Shown here: piece by piece, positions 52,556-64,000 of the stretch | Position numbering within the stretch: position 1 is the first letter of the stretch | How the letters are laid out: each line of letters starts with the position of its first letter | DNA from: Tubulanus polymorphus | Lineage: Eukaryota; Animalia; Nemertea | NCBI RefSeq assembly: GCF_964204645.1 | Contig: NC_134031.1 | Coordinates: 2,728,001-2,792,000 of the forward strand | Length of the DNA stretch: 64,000 nt | Reading direction: 5' to 3' | Notes under the pieces: model-generated | Told to the model about the DNA's origin: nothing | Database searches by the model: none | The model's input: only the letters and a program-made list of their open reading frames with translations | Made by a program: the position numbers and the translations under genes

Positions 52556-55013
52556 TTGGCTTGTTATACTTCACAGAAAGTTGGCAAAATTTGTCGTTTT
52601 CCAGTATTACAAAGTTGGAAAAGACCAGCTAGATGAGAATACAGGTCGTGGTGAACACGATCAGCCAATATATATATATAGATAGACGATATATATGTAT
52701 ATATATACATATATACATAGCTACTGACTTCTATAAAAGACGAGCAGAAAGAAATAAATGAATTTAATCAGAGCAGCGGCTGCAATGACGGTTATTACGA
52801 GACCACCAGATGTCGATAACGCTATCACCGCAGACGCCGATAAACTGATCAAGCGATTCGCGGCCAAACTGAACAGACGAGATCCTCCGCGAGGAGAGAA
52901 AAAAACGAATTACCGAACGATCTTAACGTATAGGAAACGTGAATAGGCGTCTGTCAGGTGCCCACGCGCTGAGATTTAATCAGTACTGTCATTCAGACCA
53001 CGGCACGGCGTTCAGACCGTCGTGGGGCATAAAATAAGATATCCTTTAAAGAAATCCTTCAATCATACTTGAAAAGAATTGAAAGATTCATTCGGTAAAA
53101 TCTGTCGCAATATACTCTGGAAAATTTGTATGAATAAAAGTACCGTTTGTTTGAATTTCAAATCCAACCGTATACGCCGCATAGGCCAAGTGCGCGCTTA
53201 TCAAATAAACTCGGTTTTGTGAATTGTTTTTGACATCAATCTCACCCAAAGGGCAAAATCCGTGCTTTTAACGCCGTCGCGAAACCACATCGACACTAAG
53301 TAGTTCCAGAGTAAAGTAATCGTGGCGATCCTTTGGGCGATATATTTTCTCCGCGCGAACGTTGTAAAGGCTGATATAGTTAAAGCCAACCGCGTTCATT
53401 TTGTATTGAATCCCACAGCCAAAATCATTGTCTATACAAAGGTTGAACTATGATCATGAGTGTTGAGTGTAAAAGTGATATCGGATGGTGTTGAAGTTGT
53501 TAAAACAATTATCTTAACGTTAGAAAAATCACAGATTACCTTAACCAGATTTTAGCATTTCGTACCGTATTTTGGTGTTATGGGTTAATGTCCTGTTTTG
53601 ATAATTATGTAAAAATTTCACGTGTACTCTCTAACCTGTAAACTGTATATATCGAAACCTTGTAGATCTTTTTATTATAAAACGACTGAATAAAATATTC
53701 AATTATTTCATTTGAAGTTTTCGCCTCGCTTTATTTGTACTGCTTCTAGTCAAGAATCTGATCTCTTCGGAAGCCCCACCTGAACAGAATACGGTTTAAA
53801 GTGACGAAACGAAGATTAATTTCGGGATGATTTTATTGTTTTTGTTCCTGGCAAATTCAAAATAAGTACAGAAAGTTTGCGAACTGGCGCAGAAATGTGA
53901 TATTTCTCTAGATAGAAAGTTTCTAAAACTCGTGTATTTTAATCAGTTCTTGTCAACGAAATGTCACTATCAAAGCTCATGAGATTTCATGAGACCAACT
54001 TGTTATTGTAATCGGAAAACCAATATATAGGGCATTGGAAATTTGAGGCGTTGTTTTCAAAATTGAAAAATGACTTTCAAAATCATCTTCTGCATTCGTA
54101 GCCTGTCCGTGATATCGTCGTGGACGCAAAAGAAGACGAAAATTCTATCAGCCACATTATCGTTATTGACTGTAGAGGGAAAAACGAAGCAAGTCAAATA
54201 TTTAGACTCAACTGACGTTATGTCGCTAGAACAACCCGAAAGTAATCATATCGCAGATCGAGTTTCCAGCGCGAGTAAACGAAAAATCATATTTCAAGGT
54301 AAGCAATCCGAAAACGGTTATAGTTCTCCGCGAAGAAAGGCCTCAAGGCAGACGAAAAAAGCGATATGTAAACTATTGATGTCTTCTCGGTAATAAACAC
54401 CACACTAGATGAAGCTTTTGATGAATAAAGTATACACGATTATTCGACAATACATCAGCGCAACGTTGTTTGCTTTCTGCAGGTAAGAACCAAGTGTCAT
54501 TGGCCTTTTAAGTGGAAAAAGCAAACGAGGAGGTTTCACTAGCAAAGGCTCACTAGCATGACTTAAATAACTCACTGATTGTATTACTGATGTCATGTTT
54601 CTTTTAAGAGAATGGGGTCGTGGATTCAGGATTGTCAGCATCCGAATTCATTCTCCTTTTTTCACACGTCTGCCTCATGACGTAATCAATATCAGACATT
54701 TCGTTCCTAACTCTTTAGAAGCTAGTAATAAAACTGCCCACCACTGGTTGCTATTTCTGGCCCCATGTCCGAAAGCCTGGTTCGATAACCGTATGGATAA
54801 AGAATGCTCCCTTATCCGATATATACTGGACAAACACGATGTTTCTCATGCCAGATGAAGGAGGCATCACATTTCCCGATAGAAACAGAATAACGCTTAG
54901 GTATGGCACTTAAATATTTGAGTGTATCGGTAGGCGAATGTCTGTACATTTTTTATTGCAGATAATGCTGTTATATCTCAGTTTTCGGTATCAGAATACG
55001 CGGGTGGGGTTAT

Positions 55014-56833
55014 TCAATTCCAGTTTCCCCTCATGGGACTGAACGACAGATCTCTGTATTCCTGTCTTTCCCGTGTGATTTTCTGTAGTTTGTAAGCGAT
55101 AATCGACGCCAGACTCAAAGTAACGACCGTCATGAGCAAAGTAGCGCCGATCAGATACCTCGACTTGGATTCTTGTTCTAATTCCAGTTTCGGGTTTAAA
55201 GCGTCAGCTGAAAGAAAATGAAAGTTTTTCCTGTCACAGGTTGTACCATTGCCCGCAGTGTCTAGACACGGGGACTGAAACATCACTAAATAAGGCTTTG
55301 TTTCTATACCGTAAGACTGGCAAAACGTACCCATTCTTTCTAACACCGATTCCAGGCAAACGCGATCGTGACCAAAACATTTCGCTATATCAGTGTCTGC
55401 GGGGTCGCAAGGTTGCGCAATTTTTGTATCATTTCGACAGTCTCGAGCCCGGGTCATAAGGCCTACTCCACATCTGTTTGAGCACTGCGTCCAGGGTCCC
55501 CAGTATCCGTGTCGCCGGTATAGTTCTGAAATAACATATTTTCATTAGGGCGTCATAGTGGCCGTACAACCCATATCTCAGTTTCAGGAATACGTACCGA
55601 GCGTTTCGAAGGTCGGGGTTCTGTTAACGGCTGGGATTGGTACGAACTCGGCCGCTAAATCTTTCGATAAACTAACATTGAATTCGTCGGTACTGTTCTC
55701 TACGCCATGAATTGTAATTTTCGTATCGGAAAAGCCGCGCAGTTGTAGTTGGTCAGTTGTGCTATTTTCGACGGCGTCATTTTTATTGGACAGGGATATA
55801 TTGAATTCAGTGCGTAACTGCATGGCGTCTCCCATGCGCCGACTGTTGCCTGATTGCTGCGATGAAGAGTTAGTTATTCTGATTCGGGATTCAGCGTACA
55901 GATTATCATCAGCCAACGATGATTTTGCATTCAACACGTCGAATTCAACGTCTGCGCTGGACGTCGGTTCAGTTACCGCTGTACCGATCATTACCGTTTG
56001 GTCGTAGACCTCCGACATGCCATGATGCGGGGATGTATTCAATGGTGTCGTTGATTCGGTTCGGGGTGAAATGGTCGTCCCTTTGGCTTTTAAACTTAAT
56101 TTAGCAAGCTTCGCTCTGGTTTGTGTTGTAGGATACGTTTGCATTGTAGGCACGACACTCTGGGAAAAAGTGCTTGACCTTTTTGAATTTAATTCTACAA
56201 ATGTTTCTAAAGTATCACTAAACGTGACATCGTAATGGTCTTCATCAGGTATTGACGTTGAATCAACGAGTAGATCGTTGGCATAGGATGAACCCTCGTC
56301 GTGGAAATCTTCAGAACTATATTCGTCATTTCTTGATAAGTCATTTTCAGATGCGTCCGAAGTCATTTCTTCTGTGACTTCCGCGTAAGCCGTAACAGTC
56401 TCGCTGTCATCTTCCAAGGCTTGCATCAAGTTGATGAATTTATTGTGTTTTTCGACCGTTTCTTTCAGGCGGTTTTCGAGCTTCGTTACGCGGTCATGGT
56501 CGCGTAACTTCTTCGTTTTCTCGGGACAACTCCGCCGGCGACAAACCTCGAACTGAACGCGACTCGACTCGTCCGTGAAACAGGCGGAGTGCTCCGTAGA
56601 CGGGCAGACGCGTGAACGCGCCTTGATGCCTTCGCCGCAACTTTTGGAGCATTCTGTCCAGCGCGACCAATGCGGCCTGATATCCGGTGCTGACAAAAAG
56701 TAAAAATAATGACTTATTGAAATCGTTAATTGTCGGTTAATTCAAAATGGGATCGCTTACCGTGTTTTCCAAATACAATGCAAAGAAGGTTAATGACCAC
56801 CAAATAAACGCAACAGCTGCTTAAATTCGTCAT
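55014..56833 (-). CDS. Type I transmembrane protein with two thrombospondin type-1 repeats and an acidic/mucin-like stalk; complete, 3 exons, about 558 aa
   Basis: Exon 56761-56833 encodes signal peptide MTNLSSCCVYLVVINLLCIVFG (donor gtaagc). Exon 55598-56689 encodes TSR1 WSRWTECSKSCGEGIKARSRVC plus a S/T/D/E-rich stalk. Exon 55014-55525 encodes TSR2 YWGPWTQCSNRCGVGLMTRARDC, a Cys-rich module, TM YLIGATLLMTVVTLSLASIIAY and a 25-aa tail. Both introns are phase 1; total 1677 nt is divisible by 3. Confidence 0.85.
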
Positions 56834-57806
56834 GATAGAAAAAGATCTAGGTTTCCTCGGGTTGGATATTTTGAATTGTTTTCAGACAGAAGGGCGGCCC
56901 AAATTCGTTGACCGTGATAGGCGAGGATTAAAGCGTATATAAAGAGCAAAATGACTTGATGCGTGATGCCCTGTTCATCGCATAAAGTTATCAACTGCCA
57001 TAGTAAAACAGGTACCATGATTTATCAGTTTCAAACTTGAAACAGTTCACGCGTTGCTGCGCATGTCGCATAGGAACGTCCACGTGATAAAAGGTCACTA
57101 ACACTCTGAAGATGGGTATAAATAGGCCACCACCAGGCCTCCTTCCGTCCGTGAATTTGATGATGATAAAGCTTTTTGAAAATGGCTGCTCATAGACTTG
57201 AATCGAAACGATAACATCCTCTTACAATTTTTCTTCAATTGTCGGCTTTATTCGTCGACTGAATTAGACAGAGATTTATCTATGAAAAACCAAAATGGGC
57301 AGCAGAAGTACTCTGCCCGAAACGTTAGAACCATTACTTTCTTGCTGTTTCTTTTCTAATTGTTGCTTTTATCCTACTGCCGGTGCTTAATCAAAATGCT
57401 TAATGATACTATGATGCGGGATATCATGGTATGGGAGTTACTTGGAATAATACCTCTCAGGATGGGTAGACGTACTCCATGCCCGTAAACATCGGAACCA
57501 TATAACATGCTTGCCGTTTGTTCTACAACCTTGAGCTTCTTCATTCTACTACCGGCTTAAGACTGATACAATCTCTTCAATTACATGGTTGAAGTAGGCT
57601 TTGGCCGAGTTACAAGAGTAAATCCTCAACCTACCCAGTCTTTCCGAAGCCTATATGTAGATGTTCCAGAGTGGTAGGAATTTATTGAATCATCCGTTCT
57701 GTAGATATTCCAATAAGTTTCGTATCGCTATACTGTTGTTAATGGGGAAAAAAATAAATACAAGAAAACATTATTTTCTGATTTAAATACGCGTTTTATA
57801 AATAAT

Positions 57807-57812
57807 TTTATT
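57807..57812 (-). terminator. Candidate polyadenylation signal of the PH-domain gene
   Basis: AATAAA on the minus strand about 540 nt downstream of the stop codon, followed by T/G-rich sequence. Confidence 0.4.
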
Positions 57813-58349
57813 CGCAATAGAATTCGTATATTTAAAATAACTAATGATACTCTTTACGATATTTAAATTATATCAGTTATGTACAAACATATGATATCTT
57901 TTAGATACATGTATATATAAAGCTAAATAGATCATAAATAGATAAATGATAAGCAGATAATCTCTTTTTGGAAGAGATCTAATTCGTTGAAATGAAACAG
58001 TCGAAAACGCCCTTCTTCGTTCTAAATAACCAAGAAGAAGGACCTGATGCAATTTTCATTTTACGTAATATTTCATTTTTTCAACGCTGAATGAAACTGA
58101 ATGAATTAGAAGTATTTTAGGAGAGTGCCTTCCTCGAAAACTATGGATTATAGCGAAACGAAATCTTAACCAAAAGAGAAAGTTTAAGGCGTTTTGAATG
58201 TTTTATGATTGAATGAAATATTTGAGGGCGAACAATCCCTTTTCATTGGAAAGCTATATAACCCATAGTTTAGTGAAAGGTAAACGAAAAGTTATAGTCG
58301 AAAGCGTTTGACCATCGACGGCAAAAGTTCGAGCGATGGGATCTACGAT

Positions 58350-61300
58350 TTAAACCATCACGGCGTCTCTGTGACCGGCTAACATCGACCGAGACATTTC
58401 TTCAAAATCCTGAAATATGAATTCAGATCATAATAAGAAAAAGGTGAAGAATGAATATATGAGCCGGGACTCAGTTCCACAGTTATCGGCTAAGGCTAAA
58501 CGCACACGACGATGCAGGGAAACGCTCGTAGTTTCAGTGTCCTGTTTCCGCGTTTCCTGTGTCTGGTTTCCGTGATCAAACATGTTTGATTCCATGTTTA
58601 TGTGTTTCCCTATGTGTCGTGTGCATTGGGCTTTGGTCTATATATGAAACCGTCCCTAAGATACGAGAATAATTACCGCTATTTGCTGTAATGTTTCAGG
58701 ATTCACTGATGACGATCGTTTCTGTTTGTTAAAGTCGCTGGAGCTACGAGGCCTCGAATCAACTTTCATAGGACTAGCAGCAGCTTCGGAGCTACCGAGC
58801 GTGGCGGCGCGGCGCCGGACCGGGGTACTACTCGGTTTCTCATCTGACACCCTGTTTATATCCCGTAGACGCCTAAGGTTGGTTTCTGATAGGCTCAGTC
58901 TCAGATCTGGGGCCGTTTTAAGATGTTCGATCGTTAACCGAACTGCACCTCCATCTCCCGAGCCAGTACTGCCGATGCTTCCCTGGGATTTCCGTCGGCT
59001 TTTCACACTCGACGACGTCTTGCGGTTATGTAACGCTTCCGTGCTGGCCGACATTTCGTCCGATTTTTTCCTTATCGACTTCATATTTTCGGTTTTCTTG
59101 CATAGTTTCTCCTCGATAGAATCCAATTCTTCGGTCAGTTCTTTCAAATGCGACGCGATGTGCGTTTTCTCTTCGGCAGTTTCCTCTTTCAGACTGGGCG
59201 CTGAGACGGACGAACCTCGGGTGGCTCCGAAACGAAGAAGGTTGTTCAATTTGAACGGTTTATTTTCGGGTTTCTTTAACTTTTTATTCAACACGTCAAC
59301 CTGTAATTCAAACACATATTCAACACATTTCAATGAATTAGAAATGCAAATAATCCATGGGCCCGAGCTTCTGTCGAAGCCGAACAGATATTTGAAAATT
59401 CGGTTTTCGTACCTTCAGTTGGGTGGATATACGTCGTTGTTTTAGTTGCGTTATGTCCTTCACAATCGTAGTTTCCGATTCATCGTCGGGAATTCTACCA
59501 TTGAAAACTTCTTGCTCAGGATTCAGTGATAATCGATTGGAAACTTTCAACTAAAACGAACAGAGAAAAGTAACTGATAATGTTTCAGAATTAGAAATGT
59601 TTCAACTGAACGAATTTTGATATCTTTGTTTAGGTTATCGCGATTTTGCTAGATTCATTCTGTTACAATACATGAGGATTAATCAGTCAGAATTCAACTT
59701 GACCCAATATACCTTTTTCTGCAATTCCTGTTTTTGCATCAATAGTTCGTTTAGGAGTTGCTGTTTCTTTAAATGCACTAGTTCTTGTTGCCACCTTGCG
59801 TCCTGTGAACGCCGTGCATTTTCGGCGTGTTCTACAAGACAAAAAAAAATGTCAGTAATCTTACAGTCGTTTCTTCAAATTAACGCGTCGTCGGTTATCT
59901 TTTGTTTTGTGGGCTCAGGTTTGTATGCGCAATAGTTCAAATTGAATGTAGGTAAACTGACCACCAGCAAACATCCGGACAATCGATGCGAACGAACCGA
60001 AATGAACCGAAACATTACGTGGGATAAACAAAAGAACTGTAAATAAATGTACATTCACGTCCCACGTTAACCTAATAAATAGTGGCCTGTTAAAAGCAAA
60101 TAAAACCATGAGAATATTGCCGATTGAAAAACCAGGTTATGTTACTAATAAAACGACAATAACTGTATATGAAAGAGTGACTCAACCAGTGGGAAGGTTA
60201 CTTTACACGAATTCGATACATTTATACGTAATTGGTATTTTCTGCAGTTTATGCCCCTATGTCGGATACCTTGAGATCGGTCAAATTCCTTACTGCCGCC
60301 GTCCTCTAAATCCAGACCTTCCAAGGAAATATTACCATTTTCTCGCGGACAGTCGTCCTAGAAAAAAATGACGCAAAGTATTTCGTAATTATTATTAGTT
60401 TTAGAGATAAGCTGGCCGGACCTGGGTTCCCCGATTCTAGGGTATCCATCCACTCGTTAAGATAATGTGACGCCAAGATTTAAGTTGAGAAACCATGAAT
60501 TTACAAGATTTCGATATTTAGGGTTAAGCTTATATATTCACCTCTACCCGAGCCCCGAAGTGCCCGGTCCCGAAGTGAGCTCCGAGCAGATTTGGAGTCG
60601 ACGCTGAAAGCGCGTCACCGTCAATCTCGTCTGCCGTGCTTTCGGTCGATGTTTTCTTCTGCGATCGGTGACGCGGACTCAAGGTCGGTTCGTTGTCGGA
60701 AGCATCCGACCCATCGCTGCTCAGATAAATCTTCATCACCGGTCTGACGGGGGTCTCCAGTTGTTCCCCGTGTTTCGTAACGCCACCTAGCGGTAGATCG
60801 ATCCCGGAATCGTGTAGAATAGCGCTCTCTGGTGGTTCGCTGGCAGAACTAGATATGCTGGAACGGTTATCCGACGGTTGGCGTTCGACTGGTTTATGCA
60901 ACTGTTCATCGCCGTCTGTTTTTACCGAAATCCTCAACACGGGTGACTCGTTTGAAGGCAGTTGTTTCTGGTGAATTGAAACGTAGCCGGGGTCTGGCAC
61001 GAAATCGGGCTTCAATTCTTTCAGCCATCGATTGAAATCGTATCGATCGAGAGCCGCTAACGTGAAACTGATGCTAGATCGGTCGGTTATCGTAAACTCG
61101 AATCCATGTTTATCAGTAACTTCAACTTTGGCATCAACTGTCGATATCGATTCTATATTTCCTTCATTTCCCGCCTTTGATTTGTATATATAGATGCATT
61201 TCTCATGCAGAATGCACCACAATTTCGAGTATTTACTTTTCAAGTCTTGAACACGAAGGTACGATTTAATTGTAGGCGATTTTAAAGACTCTAGTTTGAC

Positions 61301-63364
61301 TTTGGGTTTGTCTTTAGTCTTGCGTCTGTTCGTAGACGTTCGGCCAAACGTGAGATTGAATTTTGATTTCGATTTATGTTCTTTGGCGGCGACTGATTCT
61401 AAATGTTCGAGTAAACTGTTATCGATCGAGATTTGAGATGATTTCCGTCGCGCCGTCTTCGTCATATCGTCCGTATGGTCGGTCGCCAGGACGTACGAGA
61501 CGCGCCTGCGCGATAACAACATCTGTAAGTCCGGATCGATTTTCTTCTTCGATGACGTCACGGCCGTAGTAGCGGATGTGACGTCACATTCATCCGAGTG
61601 CGAATGTCGGCGGTGCTCGGTGACCAGGCCCGTCTTGCTGAAGAACGGTTTCGGATGCAGTTCTAGTGCGCTGGGAGTTTGTAATTTCAACTCGACGCGG
61701 GATGATCGTCTGTTGCTCGAGGTCGGTTCATATCCGCCGTCGATTCCGTCCAAGTCCTCCTCGCTCGTATCCGAATCTGAGTTGTCCGCGGGGTCGGGAC
61801 TGAGAGCGGTAGCTCGCTGCAGTAATCGCACCCAGTGATGGTGATCTCCCAGCGAAGACGCCGTAAACGTGCGCTTTGAACCGTCTATTTTACTGGTGAG
61901 AACGACGTGGAACCGATTAACCGTCATCTTCCCTTCGTCGTCCAGAACTCGCATGCCGGTCGTATCCTCGCGACTTATCGATCGGAAACAAACCTCGTTA
62001 ACGCTAAAAGTCGGCAGCACGAGAACGTGTGACGTAGTAAGCGCGTTTTGAGAACCGAAAACGCACAGAACCATATCACTCAGAACGCACCATTTTCGTT
62101 TGCCATCGCCTTGATCGACTAACCAACCGGTCTTATCTGGATTGGATATTTCATCGGCTGTAACCTGTAGAGGTCGGGTGATATCCATATTCTGAGTGTA
62201 TATCCGACATCGGGTACGCAAACCGGGGGCCAGCTTCAGTCGTCGATCGCTTATAGATGGCGCTGTATAGGATTTATCTCCTGGCTCCCCGAACTCGCAC
62301 CGGATGGCTTCACTTGCGGCTACCTGTAAAAATAAGGATGAGTTCAAGATATTTTTGTTTATATAATAAAACCAATTGCGGTTTGAGAGTGTTATATCCC
62401 GTGACTAAAAACAAATGTTGTGAATAAGAAAATACACGATAACAAATATGAATCATTCGATCTTATCAAACGGTTTAACAAGTTTTCATATGTACGAGTG
62501 AAATAGATTTCGATTACCGTTCAAAAACCTGTGCGAATGTCTCGGACACGAATTGGCAGCGCGACAGCGTAAATATCAATACGAACTCAGTATTGTGTAC
62601 AACAACTGCGGAAATCAGTACTGGTCACGCGATTTATACAGATTTACAGAAATGAGCACCAGTTATTTCACCCCTAAAAGACGCGACGACACCACCATAT
62701 CGCGGTAAAGACGTCTTTATTCTTTGGGTTAATTGATCGTGTTAAGTGCAGTGTTAAACGCACTATAAGAACGCACTCCTCTCGCGGTCAGCTCTTCCTA
62801 TTTGATCATTTATTAAACTTAATCATTTTATGGAGCAACATAATAGATCCATGTTTCTACCTTTAAATTGTATGGTCATAATAATGACATTGATAAAAGT
62901 TATACATCTAATTTGAGGTCAAACGCGTGCGTGGTAATAAATAAAAGTTGAAAAATTGAGAAAAAAAGATAAGAATTTTAAGCGTCTAAAGCGATATGGT
63001 CCAGAAAAAAAATGCAATAAGCTAGATATGAATATCCTTTTGTTATTATTAATTCTCACCGTAGATTTTGTGTATTGATTCAGTTTTCTTGCCTCCAAAT
63101 CGATTGATGATTTAGGCGCCATCCTAACCTCGCTAATGTAGCGCACTTCGCTCCGCTCTCGTCTTATTCCTGAACTATAGACCGTACTTTCACGGCATTC
63201 TGTTCTTTCATAAGCGTTCAGTTTTTTCGAGGCATTTAAACGCGATTCTAACGACGTAATCCACAGTTTTACATCCCATGTTAAATCTCTAGATTTCTTC
63301 GATAAATCTTCAGCTTCCAGCGAAGCCATCAGTTCGTTCACTTTAGTAACCGTCTCTTCTGCAA
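58350..63364 (-). CDS. Tandem pleckstrin-homology (PH) domain protein with C-terminal coiled-coil segments; 5'-partial, 7 exons, about 1030 aa in window
   Basis: Exons 63060-63364, 60542-62323, 60294-60357, 59713-59831, 59413-59550, 58677-59300, 58350-58409; GT-AG with compatible phases. PH1: KTGWLV..KRKWCVLSDMVLCVF...RTFTASS..DHHHWVRLL. PH2: IKSYLR..SKLWCILHEKCIYIYK...FTLAALDRYDFNRWLKEL. Heptad-like segments WQQELVHLKKQQLLNELLMQKQELQKKL and HLKELTEELDSIEEKL. Ends DAVMV*. The 63060-63364 exon is the least certain. Confidence 0.82.
58492..58634. mobile_element. MITE family C in the last intron of the PH gene
   Basis: AAGGCTAAACGCACACGAC...GTCGTGTGCATTGGGCTT ends. Confidence 0.7.
58677..59300 (-). 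CDS. Exon of PH-domain gene (coiled coil plus basic/Ser-rich region)
   Basis: Lies within the 225-aa ORF; acceptor ttacag, donor gtaatt; 624 nt, phase 0-0. Confidence 0.85.
60542..62323 (-). CDS. Large exon (1782 nt) encoding both PH domains
   Basis: Lies within the 605-aa ORF; acceptor tttttacag, donor gtgaat; phase 0-0. Confidence 0.9.
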
Positions 63365-64000
63365 CTGCAAGAACACATAATATATACTCGATTATTAAGA
63401 AATTAAAAATGTCTTTCGGAGTTTCTCTAACGTTCTCCTGTTATAAACGCTAAGAAAACGTCCGCTCTTGACGAATTGTGTGAATAAAATGAAATAGAAT
63501 GGTTCTCAATAAACGACCGGACAAAGCCATTTGGACAAACGGGTAAAATCATTTGAACTGGCCGATTGACGTCAAAACAATTTGATATTGACAGTATTTC
63601 GGTCCGAGGGAAACTACAACTCATATATATATACAGTGTTTAAGCTATTCAAACATCGATGGGAGATCTAATCAATTCAATGAAATCCGTATTGATAGAA
63701 AAATCGTCGTAGAAATGAAAAAATATGACAATAATCACACTACCACTCATGCATGGAATATACATCAATGCAACCCTATACCCTACATCTTCAAATATAC
63801 ACACGAAATTATGCAGATTTGCTGATTTTCTTGTGCTGAATGAATTAGGATTAAGCCTACCTATATTAACGAGTACTAAGTCCATCGATGACTCCGTTCA
63901 TGGCCAATTTATACTCAATTAGACCCCATACATTGACTATAGTAAAAGCAGCTATCCACACCGGTTCAACCGTATATTACGTCGAAAATGTAACTGAACG

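Noticed and set aside
56830-57018. 62-aa hydrophobic ORF as first exon of the TSP1 gene
   Set aside because: It ends in a stop overlapping the ATG at 56833. The 56761-56833 exon has a better signal peptide and a consensus donor in the right phase. At most a uORF.
58726-59445. 239-aa + strand ORF (similarly 48020-48433, 55759-56007, 61578-61838)
   Set aside because: Antisense shadows of genuine coding exons; no independent motifs or splice logic.

Overview
Eukaryotic (invertebrate animal-like) genomic DNA: AT-rich, CpG-replete, with GT-AG spliceosomal introns. Three protein-coding genes can be assembled by hand with consistent exon phases. (1) + strand, 32120-51980, nine exons: a class C GPCR of the metabotropic glutamate receptor family whose motifs match the mXR/mangetout ('class IV') branch rather than canonical mGluRs. 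Its N-terminal exon(s) were not found, so bases 1-32119 are probably one large intron. (2) - strand, 55014-56833, complete, three exons, about 558 aa: a type I membrane protein with two TSP1 repeats, an acidic/mucin-like stalk and a short tail ending in a penultimate Trp. (3) - strand, 58350-63364, 5'-partial, seven exons: a tandem-PH-domain, coiled-coil scaffold-like protein. Non-coding DNA holds at least four MITE families (one copy with a clean CAG target duplication, two nested insertions), two LINE-like 3' tails, long (ATT)n and (AT)n microsatellites and a perfect 154-bp tandem repeat. The most unusual signal is a set of at least five short fold-back elements that each carry a degenerate minimal hammerhead-ribozyme core (CUGANGA-stem II-GAAAC/G), the signature of Penelope-like retroelement ends. 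All calls are by eye, with no database searches.
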